From: Fibrobacterales bacterium
GTDB lineage: Bacteria; Fibrobacterota; Fibrobacteria; Fibrobacterales; JAOPTW01
NCBI GenBank assembly: GCA_051532035.1
Contig: JAOPTW010000013.1
Coordinates: 192,001 to 256,000 of the forward strand
Direction of reading: 5' to 3'
Length of the DNA: 64,000 bases
The position numbers and the translations under genes were made by a program. Of this stretch, positions 10,613-20,193 are shown in pieces (within the stretch, counting starts at the first letter, position 1; each line of letters starts with the position of its first letter). Under the pieces are notes generated by a model, which saw only the letters and a program-made list of their open reading frames with translations, was not told the DNA's origin and did no database searches.

Positions 10613-10736
10613 GAGGTGTCCTTCTTATGGTTTTTAATTATTTACTAACAGGCAGTAATATTATTTTTAAGTCATCAGTAGAAATACCTAGAGCGCTCTA
10701 CTGATTTAGACAAATGTTTAAGGGAGCATAACACGT

Positions 10737-11591
10737 TCACTTAATATGTGTTTTAATTGCTTCAACAAAAGAGATATCTTTATCGTCAGTTGTAGATAAG
10801 GAAATCTGTATCCAACGGTCGACGTCATTGGTCGAAATTTTGTAAATACTTGACGCTAACAATCCACCTTTTTCTATAAGATCTACAGATGTTATTTCAT
10901 TTAAGAAAAGAGAGTATAAGACAATCTCGCCATCATCATCAGTTAAATAGTATTTCACTTTTGTGTTTGTAAGAATAAAGCCACTTTCAAGAATTGAAGA
11001 AAAACCCTCAGAATAAAAATATTGAATAGTTTCCTTTTCTGATATAAGGCCGTTAGAAATCAAAAGCTCAATATCACTTTTGTGCATTTCCTCACCATTT
11101 TGAACTTCGGTATCTGGCATTATACTTGTAGTAGTCAACAATCCAACTCCCATAACTAACAATAGTACTATTGCAAAAAAACTTACTAACACCATTACTA
11201 ATCTTGGCACTTTCTTATAATTTGGATTTTCAAGTAATTCTAACCTATGATATACAATACTACCCTTGATCGCTTTTGCATAAAAATAAATGAATATGAG
11301 TCCAGTGATAGCTCCAGAAAATCTATTGGTTTCAATTCCAATATATATTTTAGAAATAATGAAATAAATCAATATTACAAATGCAGCTAACCTTGATTTT
11401 TTATGCATTCCAAAAGCACATAAATATATAAGGAATACATCAAAGAAAACGATAGGATCATTCCAAACCTTAAATTCCCCTTGGCTATCATTAAGAATTG
11501 AAAAAATGAGTACCGCAAGAGTTATTGTCCCAGATATTACTGCGGCGATTGCCCCACTTTTAGTCGCTTTTATTGCTTCGTGTCTATTCAA
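10737..11591 (-). CDS. Membrane hypothetical protein with soluble C-terminal domain
   Basis: TTG start with AAGGA RBS; about 5 TM segments. Confidence 0.75.
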   Translation of the reverse strand: MNRHEAIKATKSGAIAAVISGTITLAVLIFSILNDSQGEFKVWNDPIVFFDVFLIYLCAFGMHKKSRLAAFVILIYFIISKIYIGIETNRFSGAITGLIFIYFYAKAIKGSIVYHRLELLENPNYKKVPRLVMVLVSFFAIVLLLVMGVGLLTTTSIMPDTEVQNGEEMHKSDIELLISNGLISEKETIQYFYSEGFSSILESGFILTNTKVKYYLTDDDGEIVLYSLFLNEITSVDLIEKGGLLASSIYKISTNDVDRWIQISLSTTDDKDISFVEAIKTHIK

Positions 11592-12028
11592 TTAATTTCC
11601 TTTTTAGTGGCACAACTCATTTTTCATTATAATTACTATCACCGATTGAGCCCAACTACAAATGTATGGGTTTAATTCTTCCATACATAAACATCATCTT
11701 TTCAATTTCTGTAGATTCGTGATATTTACACCTACACCTTGGAGTAAATATAGATCTTACTCAATGATCGTCAAAAGATTTAAGGCTCGTAACGCTAACA
11801 GATACTATTTCAAGCTTACTGTACGTAAGCATAGAGAGATGCGAGAAGGCAACCCTGTAGGCACCATTCAGATATACCACATCGCCATTGTATTTAGAGG
11901 AGCCATAAAAGCAAATTGAACATATGTAAAATCAAATTCCTACATTTATCCATGAACCCATGTATCTACTATTCCTATTGGTGACCCTATCAATGATTTA
12001 ACCCATGTAAATACACTTATTTAATACT

Positions 12029-13264
12029 ATGAAAAACTTACCATTGTTACTCCTGCTCTCTGCACTACTCATTCCATCCGCCTCCTTTGGTGGTATAAAC
12101 GATCTGTTGGTGGAATATAAATCAGACCTTCTCATTCGATTATATACAGCGTATCATCATCAGTATAGTCATGAGATTATAAAGGCCTATAATGCCAACA
12201 AGGATATAACCCCAAACAGTGAAGCGTATCGTCAACTCTCTATTATTCATAACCAAGCAAAGGCGCATCCTTACATCCCCCATTGGCCAGCTATTGATTC
12301 TCTGCTCTCTAATGACACTACTTATTCCCTTCCAGACTCGGTAGCTGCATCCCCGATGAGCAATAGTAAGGAACTCAATCAATTTGTACTCGATAGAATC
12401 AAGAGAGTATATAAAAAAACCGAAGTTGTGCGGTCGGCACCTGTAGATTCATCCAATATCACCGTGGCTTTTCCATCGTATACAAAGCCCTATTCAGTGA
12501 GCTTATATAACAAGTATAATCTTAAGCCTGCAGACACTGTATTCGTAGATATAGGAAGGGGCACCCATGTTTCTGCCGTAATAGACTCATTATATACCGT
12601 TACCAATCATCAAAGCTGGCCCTTTGCACTCTGTAGAATACTCAATTCAGACACAGCTAACTATAAGCCCCAAAGGAGGGAGCTTTTTCTTGCTACCACT
12701 CAGAATAACGCTACGATAACCCCTATTACAGAGAGCCTTGATTTTAAAGGAAAGGACTCTGCGTTAGATTCTCTCTATACAGTAATAGACTCTGTATTCA
12801 TCACAACGCTTCAAGATCAAATAGACTTTGTACAGTATATTCCACTCACCAAACCGATTAGAGACTCACTTATTTCTATGAATATAAACTCTATATCACG
12901 GAACTATACCATTGATAGATATACAGTGTCTAACACAAAGCTGTATCGAATAATGACTGTTTATAAATACCAGAATAAACCCATCATGGCTATACAATCA
13001 GAGTGCATTCTAAGTGGTACTCAATTTTCATTACAATCACACACTTCTGACCTCAATGTATCACCTTCACGTGAGGCAGAGTTTTACGGAATGAGACAAG
13101 CGACTGATATGTACTCTTATTATATTTTTGATGTTAACCGGGATGGTTTCCCGGAGTGGGCGTACTCCTTTTCTGCATGGGAATCAGGAGGCTATACTGT
13201 CTTTAATTTTAAGGCGCTGAATAGCACACCTTCTTCTTTTACGCTGTATCATGATGGGATATAG
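12029..13264 (+). CDS. Secreted hypothetical protein
   Basis: Signal peptide; DVNRDGFPE (DxNxDG Ca-binding-like) motif near the C-terminus. Confidence 0.75.
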   Translation: MKNLPLLLLLSALLIPSASFGGINDLLVEYKSDLLIRLYTAYHHQYSHEIIKAYNANKDITPNSEAYRQLSIIHNQAKAHPYIPHWPAIDSLLSNDTTYSLPDSVAASPMSNSKELNQFVLDRIKRVYKKTEVVRSAPVDSSNITVAFPSYTKPYSVSLYNKYNLKPADTVFVDIGRGTHVSAVIDSLYTVTNHQSWPFALCRILNSDTANYKPQRRELFLATTQNNATITPITESLDFKGKDSALDSLYTVIDSVFITTLQDQIDFVQYIPLTKPIRDSLISMNINSISRNYTIDRYTVSNTKLYRIMTVYKYQNKPIMAIQSECILSGTQFSLQSHTSDLNVSPSREAEFYGMRQATDMYSYYIFDVNRDGFPEWAYSFSAWESGGYTVFNFKALNSTPSSFTLYHDGI

Positions 13265-13302
13265 GGTTATGGTTCGGTTACCTCATATGTACAGTAACTC
13301 AA

Positions 13303-13635
13303 TTAACGAACCTGCAGTAACACTTGCACGAGAGGTTTTTCATTAAATAGAGTCGCTTTTGCTATTGTAGTAGAAACATTTCTTTTTTCTAACATATGTT
13401 TCATTGCACCACACAATACACGGCTGAAATACCCGATTATCTTACCGTTCCATTGTATTGAAACTGCATCACAATCTGAGTCATTATCAGGCTCTGCTAC
13501 TAGAGAGGCTTCATCACCAATAACGATTTAGTCAAATACATCATTGGATATATTATGGTGAACCCCAACAACATCGGCAAGATAATCAAAAGGTATAGGA
13601 GCATCAAAAAGATTTGGTATAAAGCCAAAGCCATC
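13303..13635 (-). pseudogene. HIRAN-domain protein remnant with in-frame stop at 13528..13530
   Basis: Translation past the stop: IVIGDEASLVAEPDNDSDCDAVSIQWNGKIIGYFSRVL, matching the HIRAN pattern L..EPDN..D..AV...IGY. Confidence 0.75.
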
Positions 13636-13848
13636 AGTATTACCAATGAGTGTATCAAACAAGACCATATCAGCAATCCACCGCTCCGAATTATCAAGTA
13701 ACGTTTGTTTTTGCCTAAAGTATGTACATATTTTTAAGAGATCTTCATAATTGTGGTGTGAGCCTCTCACATCATCGAAATCTTCAATTATTCGTTTAAA
13801 AAAGGGCTCTGCATGCATAAATCGTTCGGTACGAGGGTCGAAAACCAT
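13636..13848 (-). pseudogene. Internal fragment of a HipA-like kinase
   Basis: HNYEDL...WIADMVLFDTLIGNTD, breaking off just before the expected catalytic RH..N. Confidence 0.7.
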
Positions 13849-13864
13849 TCCAGTATCGCCCCAT

Positions 13865-14002
13865 TTACACTCCCTGCCCCGGCAACTGACCCATCACCGT
13901 CAGCATATCAAACACCACCTGAGCAAAGTCCTTGGACTTCTGAGAATCCCCCAACAATTGCATCATCTGATTAGAGTGCGCCTCTCCGCTATCCATAATG
14001 GC
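13865..14002 (-). pseudogene. C-terminal fragment of a type I restriction enzyme R subunit (HsdR-like)
   Basis: AIMDSGEAHSNQMMQLLGDSQKSKDFAQVVFDML* resembles HsdR C-termini (recalled, not searched). Confidence 0.55.
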
Positions 14003-14029
14003 TTATTCGAGTGCTTTGGTGTAGTTCCT

Positions 14030-14142
14030 GAAGCTGACAACATATCCAGGGTAATGGCAAGACTGGCATCCTCTAATATTGTTTGAGGTTTAATTAAAAT
14101 GATTTTTGGAGCATCGTTGACTGCTTTAATTTCGACAGTCAT
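14030..14142 (-). pseudogene. Fragment of a tandem-95/cadherin-like Ig repeat
   Basis: TVEIKAVNDAP.......ILEDASLAITL (VNDAP..ED motif). Confidence 0.55.
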
Positions 14143-14260
14143 GACTACAGAATCTAATAATCAGACCAACAAGAGCATCTTATAAGTATTGCAAAATTTC
14201 TGTGCCTTTTTCTACATATTGTTACATAAGTATATTTAAACTAATAAGAAATAATTGACT

Positions 14261-16171
14261 ATGAAATCTTATATACTCTTAACGCTACTAATCATTTCTT
14301 GTGTATTTGACAAAAAACCTTTAGACCCAAACTCAATGACCAATTTTGATGAAAATTATTTAGAAACCATCACGGATGTACGTGATAACCAAACCTATAG
14401 AATTGTTACCATCGGTAGTCAGACTTGGATGGCTGAAAATCTAAACTATACAACAGAACACTCTTCTTATTGCTGGGAAAACCTCTATGCGGAGTGTATA
14501 ATTCATGGGCGACTCTATGAAGTCAAGAAGGAGTTTGGATTCGATATAGAATTTGATCGTGACTCTGCTATGACAAATCAAAAATACGCATTACAGAGAA
14601 TCTGTCCAAGCGGTTGGAGAATTCCGAGTTCTAAAGACTTTCTTATGTTAGAAACATTTGTTGCGGAGGAAAATGACCTCGATAAATTTGATGGAAAAAG
14701 TAATGTTAAATATGCAAACGTAGCTCCATACCTCAAATCTAAACATATGTGGGCTGGATCTGGAAATGATATGTATCAGTTTAATGCGATGCCCAGCGGC
14801 ACAATGGAAGGACACAATGCTTTCACTGGAAGGCACCAGAGTTCAAGATATGGTGATAAGACTTATTTTTGGACTACTACCCAAGCTGGCAATTCTGAAG
14901 AGTATCAATCTATCCAACTAGCTTCTGGCCTGAATAGTCTAGGACAGTCAAATATGGATATCGAATCCAATGTATCAGAGAACGGCTACAGCGTTCGCTG
15001 CATACAAGATGATGGTTTTGTTTTCCAACTAAATATCGATGAGTATACATTAAACCTTCCCGAAATACCAGGGCTTGATGAGTACACCAGTACCATTTCA
15101 ATTGATGATTTGGATGACGCTCATTGGGTTAATCTTGCAAACACACCTCAATTCTCAGATTTATCAAAATCAGGTGTCACGCTCTATCAAGCTTCGGGGA
15201 CAAACGGAAATACCCTACTCACATTCAATGAGTATACAGAAAGTATCGCATATGTGGGTTCACATACTAATAGTAAAGTATTCCAATTGGTTGGAACTGA
15301 ATGGCATGAAATTGACCTCACCCGCATAAAAAAGTTTGATGGTCACTTAAGCTTTAAACACTTAGCACTCTCTCCTAAAAACAAACTCTATGGTTTAAGA
15401 GAAGTTACAAATGGCTACACTAGAGCCTCAGAAATTAGTGTTATGGTTCTCAATAACAACATATGGCAATTTGTTGGTAATCAGAACTTAACAAAAGAGT
15501 ATTCCTATTTTGAATCCCACTTGCTTTTCACCCCAGACGGCACTCCCTATGTGTTTGCAGATGAAGGCCCAGGAGATGCCCCTTCGAGCGACATTACTGC
15601 GTATCGTGTATACACCTTGGTTAAAAACAACTGGGAACTCATACATGAAACTGAAAATAAAGTTGACGAACCATTTTTTCTGGGACTCAATTCGAAACTC
15701 TATGATATTGAATACCATGATAGTCGAACAAAATCAATCCTATACAACATCAGTGATGACAACAATGATTACCCTATATTTGATGGTGTTATAATTTCAG
15801 CGGCAGTAGGTGCTAATGGAATCCCCTTTATAGCAGCAAGGGTAACACATGACAATCCTATACAGCTTTATACCCTGTCAGATAATAAATGGACTAAATT
15901 TAGCGATCTCAGCTTTGAGTACTCCATAGGTAATAAACTGGTACTTACAACTGAGGGGGAGCTCATGTTTGCACGGTGTGAAGACACTGTTGAACTCTAT
16001 GTTTTTAACACAACTTCACTTCAGCTCATCTATGAAAGAGTGGTTGACACTGGTTGCGGTGATTTTTGGTCTTTTGAATTTGAAGTAACTAGCGGTGGCA
16101 ACCCGATAATAGGCATAAAGAATAATGAGATTTACAAATCAATCTATTTAAAAGGGTTATTTGTTGAGTAA
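14261..16171 (+). CDS. Lipoprotein with Fibrobacter succinogenes major domain plus beta-rich C-terminal region
   Basis: Lipobox IISC; DVRDNQTYRIVTIGSQTWMAENLNY, CPSGWRIPS, GYSVRCI; ATG at 14261 preferred over TTG 14255. Confidence 0.88.
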   Translation: MKSYILLTLLIISCVFDKKPLDPNSMTNFDENYLETITDVRDNQTYRIVTIGSQTWMAENLNYTTEHSSYCWENLYAECIIHGRLYEVKKEFGFDIEFDRDSAMTNQKYALQRICPSGWRIPSSKDFLMLETFVAEENDLDKFDGKSNVKYANVAPYLKSKHMWAGSGNDMYQFNAMPSGTMEGHNAFTGRHQSSRYGDKTYFWTTTQAGNSEEYQSIQLASGLNSLGQSNMDIESNVSENGYSVRCIQDDGFVFQLNIDEYTLNLPEIPGLDEYTSTISIDDLDDAHWVNLANTPQFSDLSKSGVTLYQASGTNGNTLLTFNEYTESIAYVGSHTNSKVFQLVGTEWHEIDLTRIKKFDGHLSFKHLALSPKNKLYGLREVTNGYTRASEISVMVLNNNIWQFVGNQNLTKEYSYFESHLLFTPDGTPYVFADEGPGDAPSSDITAYRVYTLVKNNWELIHETENKVDEPFFLGLNSKLYDIEYHDSRTKSILYNISDDNNDYPIFDGVIISAAVGANGIPFIAARVTHDNPIQLYTLSDNKWTKFSDLSFEYSIGNKLVLTTEGELMFARCEDTVELYVFNTTSLQLIYERVVDTGCGDFWSFEFEVTSGGNPIIGIKNNEIYKSIYLKGLFVE

Positions 16172-16263
16172 TCTCAGATCAAAATTTCTGGATCATATTA
16201 CTACACTCTGACTATGATTGTAGATTCCGTTGGCTCATATGTTCAGCCACTATAATTAGTTCG

Positions 16264-16340
16264 CGTGTATACCGCTCGGGACGATTGGAACAACGAGTGA
16301 CAATCCTGTCCGCTAAATAATCAAGTTTTAACACAGTTTG
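16264..16340 (+). repeat. Intergenic module H, copy 1
   Basis: cgtgtataccgctcgggacgattgg...aagttttaacacagtttg matches 42359..42440. Confidence 0.8.
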
Positions 16341-16374
16341 CCCAATGTTAAATATAAGCCTTTTATGAAGATTC

Positions 16375-16668
16375 CTAGGTCTCAGAATAGTCTATACCTA
16401 GATTCTTTAATACATCTATCCAGTCTTCATTTGCCAGACCAGTTTTTATTAAAAGATCTCGCCAATCTTTGTAATATTCTAAAGTTTTGTGAAGTTCAGA
16501 AATGTCACCCTTTGAGTTTAGTAAATGTGCCATAAAAACTCTTGTGGGCGGTCCCGAGTTAGGTGACCACATTTCACAATTCTCGAAAAGTTCCTCAACG
16601 CCTTGAATATAGCTCGGGAACGTTTACCTAATTTCTGATCTTACAGATGGGGTGAGCAAATATTTCAT
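16375..16668 (-). pseudogene. Small hypothetical gene inactivated by one in-frame TAA (16624..16626)
   Basis: MKYLLTPSVRSEIR*TFPSYIQG...DWRDLLIKTGLANEDW in one frame; ATG directly follows module A. Confidence 0.7.
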
Positions 16669-16680
16669 CTAGCTTGTAAC

Positions 16681-16902
16681 TAACTCTTATTAAAAAGATG
16701 GTTGATTTCTAACAAACAATCTAGCTAATTCCCACTGAAGCATTACCCTTCCCTGGCTCTGATTACTCATTCTGATTAAACTATCCCCATCCTCAAAAGA
16801 CACCACCATAGAGAGGCATTACAGCACCTCCTTTATAATACACATATTGAGAACATCACACATATCCGTGATCAGGTCATCACACTCCTGCATAGTGTCG
16901 TT
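16681..16902 (-). repeat. Intergenic modules A+B
   Basis: aatctagctaattcccactgaa..tacccttccc..ctgatt..tctgattaaactatc and cctcctttataatacaca..tatccgtgatcaggtcat; matches 29625..29813, partly 19549, 38932, 44812. Confidence 0.9.
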
Positions 16903-16906
16903 AAAC

Positions 16907-16993
16907 TGATTCAGGAGTGATGAGTCAAGTAAAACAAATTAGGGAAAATCAATGTTTGTTACTGGATTTGGGGGAAGCATATCGATGTTATTT
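16907..16993 (+). repeat. Intergenic module C (13-bp IR, 22-nt spacer, GCATAT..GTT core), degenerate right arm
   Basis: gattcaggagtga.gagtcaagtaaaa-22nt-tgttactggattt.ggggaagcatatcgatGTTATTT. Confidence 0.85.
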
Positions 16994-16994
16994 T

Positions 16995-17450
16995 TTAAAT
17001 CCCTACGCCAACCTCTATCAAAAAAAGATTAGATTGATTCTTTATACCTCGTTGGTATTCAATTTTCCCAATGAAGATCATTTCTGAGACTCTAAAGCCA
17101 ACTCCCCAGATCTGCCCTTTTTCAGTAAACAAAAAATCTACCCAGTTTATCCCATACAATGCATATATAGATTTATAGCTAAAACCTTTGCCTTGGTCTT
17201 TTCCCCATATAAAGCCAGTTGAAATATCCCAAGAGGTTAGTCCTATTGAATTTAAAATAGAAAGGTTTTTCGAAACCCCTGTGGCACTGTCTGTGCTGAT
17301 ATTGTAAAAAGGCTCGTGTCGATTCCAATCATATAACATTGGAAGTCCAATATCTAGCGCAACAATATCTTTTGATGATACATTTATACTCATTTGCGAG
17401 TGACATAGATTCGCGAATATTAATAGTATGGCCAAATGAATATGGCGCAT
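16995..17450 (-). CDS. Secreted/outer-membrane hypothetical protein
   Basis: Signal peptide; alternating beta pattern at the C-terminus. Confidence 0.65.
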   Translation of the reverse strand: MRHIHLAILLIFANLCHSQMSINVSSKDIVALDIGLPMLYDWNRHEPFYNISTDSATGVSKNLSILNSIGLTSWDISTGFIWGKDQGKGFSYKSIYALYGINWVDFLFTEKGQIWGVGFRVSEMIFIGKIEYQRGIKNQSNLFLIEVGVGI

Positions 17451-17477
17451 TTGTGTCCGGGGTTCAAAATATAACGA

Positions 17478-17519
17478 TTGACTTAAAAGTCTAAAAGAAC
17501 AATTTGTCCTATGTTAAAG
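17478..17519 (+). repeat. Intergenic module D
   Basis: ttgacttaaaagtctaaaagaacaatttg; matches 19079..19113 and 42298..42327. Confidence 0.65.
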
Positions 17520-18182
17520 TTCATAATGTGGTAAATCAACAGGTTCTAGATTTAAAATATCATTGAGTTTTCTGATAGCACTTCTAGTAGAAGAAAAGAT
17601 GTCTAGATTTTTTATCTGAAGCGCAGAAAGCCGTGTACTAAGTATTGTCTTCAGTGTATTTGTTTGGGAGGCATTTATGGATAATACAATTTTTCCATTA
17701 CCTTGCCTTGGCTTGATAATAAGAGTTACAACACCATAAATAGTTGATTTGAACAAAGAAAGAGTCTTGTTAGAGCGCTTAAAATACCCAGACAGGAATT
17801 TTTTAGCTTTAAGGTTATTCTTATTTGAATTCAGGTACATGATTGCTTGAATTGTAGTTTTGTATAGCAAATCGAGCATTTCAAAATTATCTTCAACAAT
17901 TTTAACGATCATATCGTTGTCTTCATCTTCATATTCCTTGAAGGAGCCTGCCACAGTTCCCATGTAGAGATCTGCAAGCTTACGTAGCTTTTTCTTAATT
18001 AATTTGTAGTCATATGAATTATCTGAAAAACTCTTTAATTCAGAAATAGATGAATCGATTTGTATAAGATTCGAAGTATAGGTTTTAGCAAAACTAAAAT
18101 TAACTGAATTTATTGAATCTTCTGTGGGCGTTGATGAAAATAGGTAGCTCGATAATGTTAAAACTAAAAAGATAATTCTCAT
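17514..18182 (-). CDS. Secreted hypothetical protein
   Basis: Signal peptide, 222 aa ORF, RBS AGGGA. Confidence 0.7.
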   Translation of the reverse strand: MRIIFLVLTLSSYLFSSTPTEDSINSVNFSFAKTYTSNLIQIDSSISELKSFSDNSYDYKLIKKKLRKLADLYMGTVAGSFKEYEDEDNDMIVKIVEDNFEMLDLLYKTTIQAIMYLNSNKNNLKAKKFLSGYFKRSNKTLSLFKSTIYGVVTLIIKPRQGNGKIVLSINASQTNTLKTILSTRLSALQIKNLDIFSSTRSAIRKLNDILNLEPVDLPHYEL

Positions 18183-18262
18183 TCTAATGTCCCTTTAAAT
18201 ATAGTGAGTAAATGTTTCAATTTTGAGTGCTAACGAGGCTGTAGAATAACCCAAAATTTGAG

Positions 18263-18433
18263 TCAGGATTCATCTCAGCCGAGTATAAGTTAATAGTAAA
18301 TAGCAAGATGCAAAATATTATTGAATACGTAATGCAATTTATTGATTTTTGGTTCTCATCAAATACCCTCTTTGTGCGTCATAACAAGCCTCACTCCGGT
18401 GTTTCTAGGGTATATCATCAGATGTTTCTGCAG
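18263..18433 (-). repeat. Intergenic module F/G
   Basis: Left part matches 42731..42835 (tcaggattca.ctca...caagatgcaaaa...tctcatcaaa); right part matches 46816..46914 (catcaaa.accctcttt...cataa.aagcc...agggtat...ctgcag). Confidence 0.85.
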
Positions 18434-18441
18434 AGCCATAT

Positions 18442-18558
18442 GAGAATAGGTTACCGATGCAGGGAGTACTGTGAGATTCAGGAGTGAGAAGTCAAGTAAA
18501 ACAATTTGAGGTGAATCATTATATTTTACTTGACTTGGGGGGCATATAGATGTTATAC
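18442..18558 (+). repeat. Intergenic module C, best copy
   Basis: Perfect IR aagtcaagtaaaa (18489..18501)/ttttacttgactt (18524..18536), then ggggggcatatagatGTTATAC. Confidence 0.92.
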
Positions 18559-18570
18559 GTCTGTTTCCGA

Positions 18571-19011
18571 CTACGGATTACCTAAAATTATTATTGGGCT
18601 AGATCCTGGGAATTGCATTAGGGTCACTCCCTTATATTTATTATGCTTCCAAAAACTCTTACTGTCATTAGTTGAACTAGGCTTCCCTAAACTCTCAGCA
18701 ATTTCCCCTAATAGGTCTTTAAAGCTAGTAGTAGTATCAGTTGGCGATAGTTGGATTACAATTAGTCTGGAATCATTTTCAAAACTATAATATATGTTGC
18801 TGAAATGTATTCCAAATTCATTAATTGTTTCACCTAATATAGAACAATTGGAGATATTATCTCTTTCTTCACATTTCATGTTTAAACCAGTGGGAATACT
18901 TGAGCCCCACCCTAAATTATGAAACAGAGTTTTGGACATAGGATTTACCGGTTGTTGATCGTTGCAGCCTATGACTGTTAGTATAAGTGCAAGAAAGAAT
19001 AGCTTATTCAT
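18571..19011 (-). CDS. Hypothetical lipoprotein
   Basis: Lipobox VIGC; RBS AGGGGA. Confidence 0.75.
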   Translation of the reverse strand: MNKLFFLALILTVIGCNDQQPVNPMSKTLFHNLGWGSSIPTGLNMKCEERDNISNCSILGETINEFGIHFSNIYYSFENDSRLIVIQLSPTDTTTSFKDLLGEIAESLGKPSSTNDSKSFWKHNKYKGVTLMQFPGSSPIIILGNP

Positions 19012-19078
19012 ATTTTTTCCCTTTGAGGCAATGGTTCATTAGAGACACGATATATTTACTTAACAATCATCATAGTTC

Positions 19079-19113
19079 TTGACTTAAGTGGCTAAAAGAA
19101 CGTTTTGTTATAC
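19079..19113 (+). repeat. Intergenic module D
   Basis: ttgacttaagtggctaaaagaacgttttGTTATAC. Confidence 0.7.
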
Positions 19114-19130
19114 ACTGTTTCTGTGCGGCG

Positions 19131-19547
19131 CTATTTCGGAAAAGGCTTGTAAGTTCTTCTATGAAAGTCGACATAATCAGTTAATGGGTGTATTTGTACT
19201 TTAAATGGTGTTGAACTTGTCCCAACAAAGTTTGGTGGAATAGAAGAAAGTATAACTAATGTGGAATCATTCTTCCAATTATAAAACACTTGTCCGTTTT
19301 GGAAATTAGCTATAGCATTATCTTCATATTTGATGGAATATATTGTATCAGCATCATTTATTACTTCATTAATGAAGGATAATTGGAAAAGATATCCTGG
19401 GGATTCAACAATAAATGTAGTTGGGATTCTTACATTAACTTTTACAAATATCACGCATAGTAAAATTATTATAATTGCAAGAATGATGTACAGTCGTTTC
19501 AATTTATGCCTATCGTGGTAGATGTTGTTCCACTTCTCGCGTTGCAT
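19131..19547 (-). CDS. Membrane-anchored hypothetical protein
   Basis: Single N-terminal TM segment; immediately downstream of module A. Confidence 0.65.
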   Translation of the reverse strand: MQREKWNNIYHDRHKLKRLYIILAIIIILLCVIFVKVNVRIPTTFIVESPGYLFQLSFINEVINDADTIYSIKYEDNAIANFQNGQVFYNWKNDSTLVILSSIPPNFVGTSSTPFKVQIHPLTDYVDFHRRTYKPFPK

Positions 19548-19548
19548 A

Positions 19549-19666
19549 TAACTCTTATTATACAGAAGGTTGGTTTATGACAAATAATCTAGCAATTTCC
19601 AAATATTCCAGTACCCTTCCCCACTTCTGATCACTCATTCCAATTGAATTAAACCATTTTCAATAG
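19549..19666 (-). repeat. Intergenic module A
   Basis: taactcttatta..aga.ggttg.ttt..acaaataatctagc..ttcc..gtacccttccc; matches 16681. Confidence 0.85.
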
Positions 19667-19764
19667 ATAATAACAAAAGACGGTATTATACCGACCACCT
19701 CATAATTCCCCTTGTCTTATACACACCATTTCCGGGGAATACTCAGGTACTTAAATACAGAAGT

Positions 19765-20010
19765 ATGGAACGGACATCGCCGCTCCTCAACGAGCTCTCA
19801 AGCCTCCAGGCCACCGTTTATTTTGCCGACACACAGATGAAAGAAAAGAAAGCCATCCGAGACCAGATCATAAACCTACTGAGAGCCCCTATTAAAGATA
19901 TACGTGACTGGGCCGATATCGCCTTTAGTAAAGCACACACTATCCAGAAGCAGTTTAATAGTGAGTATTATAGAAAACAGTATTTAAAACGAAAGAAGTG
20001 GGCCGGGTGA
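19765..20010 (+). pseudogene. Probable C-terminal fragment of a helical hypothetical protein
   Basis: IRDQIINLLR..IKDIRDWADIAF; short DNA copies of the same stretch at 37688..37702 and 43898..43939. Confidence 0.45.
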
Positions 20011-20193
20011 TTTTGTTTAATGAGACACATAAACTGGGCATGTAGCACTAAAATAATCCACAATTTCCCCATCCATTCTACTTCTTCTGCTCTCTTCATT
20101 TTCTGATTGATAGTAGGCTTCATAATCAGCCATAGGAGGTAATGAATCTCGAAGCAAATCTTTAGGCAAGTGTTAACCATTCACTTGAATGAA

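Noticed and set aside
10077..10637. 186-aa plus-strand ORF and other antisense ORFs in the track
   Set aside because: Shadow frames of better-supported genes on the opposite strand.
11662..11919. 85-aa ORF and nearby aacccatgta duplication
   Set aside because: No RBS or recognisable motif; the repeat is too short to interpret.
19058..19113. Canonical attC site (ACTTAAC...GTTATAC)
   Set aside because: Box spacing is wrong (10 nt from AAC to the pairing GTTCTT) and the arms pair poorly; kept only as module D.
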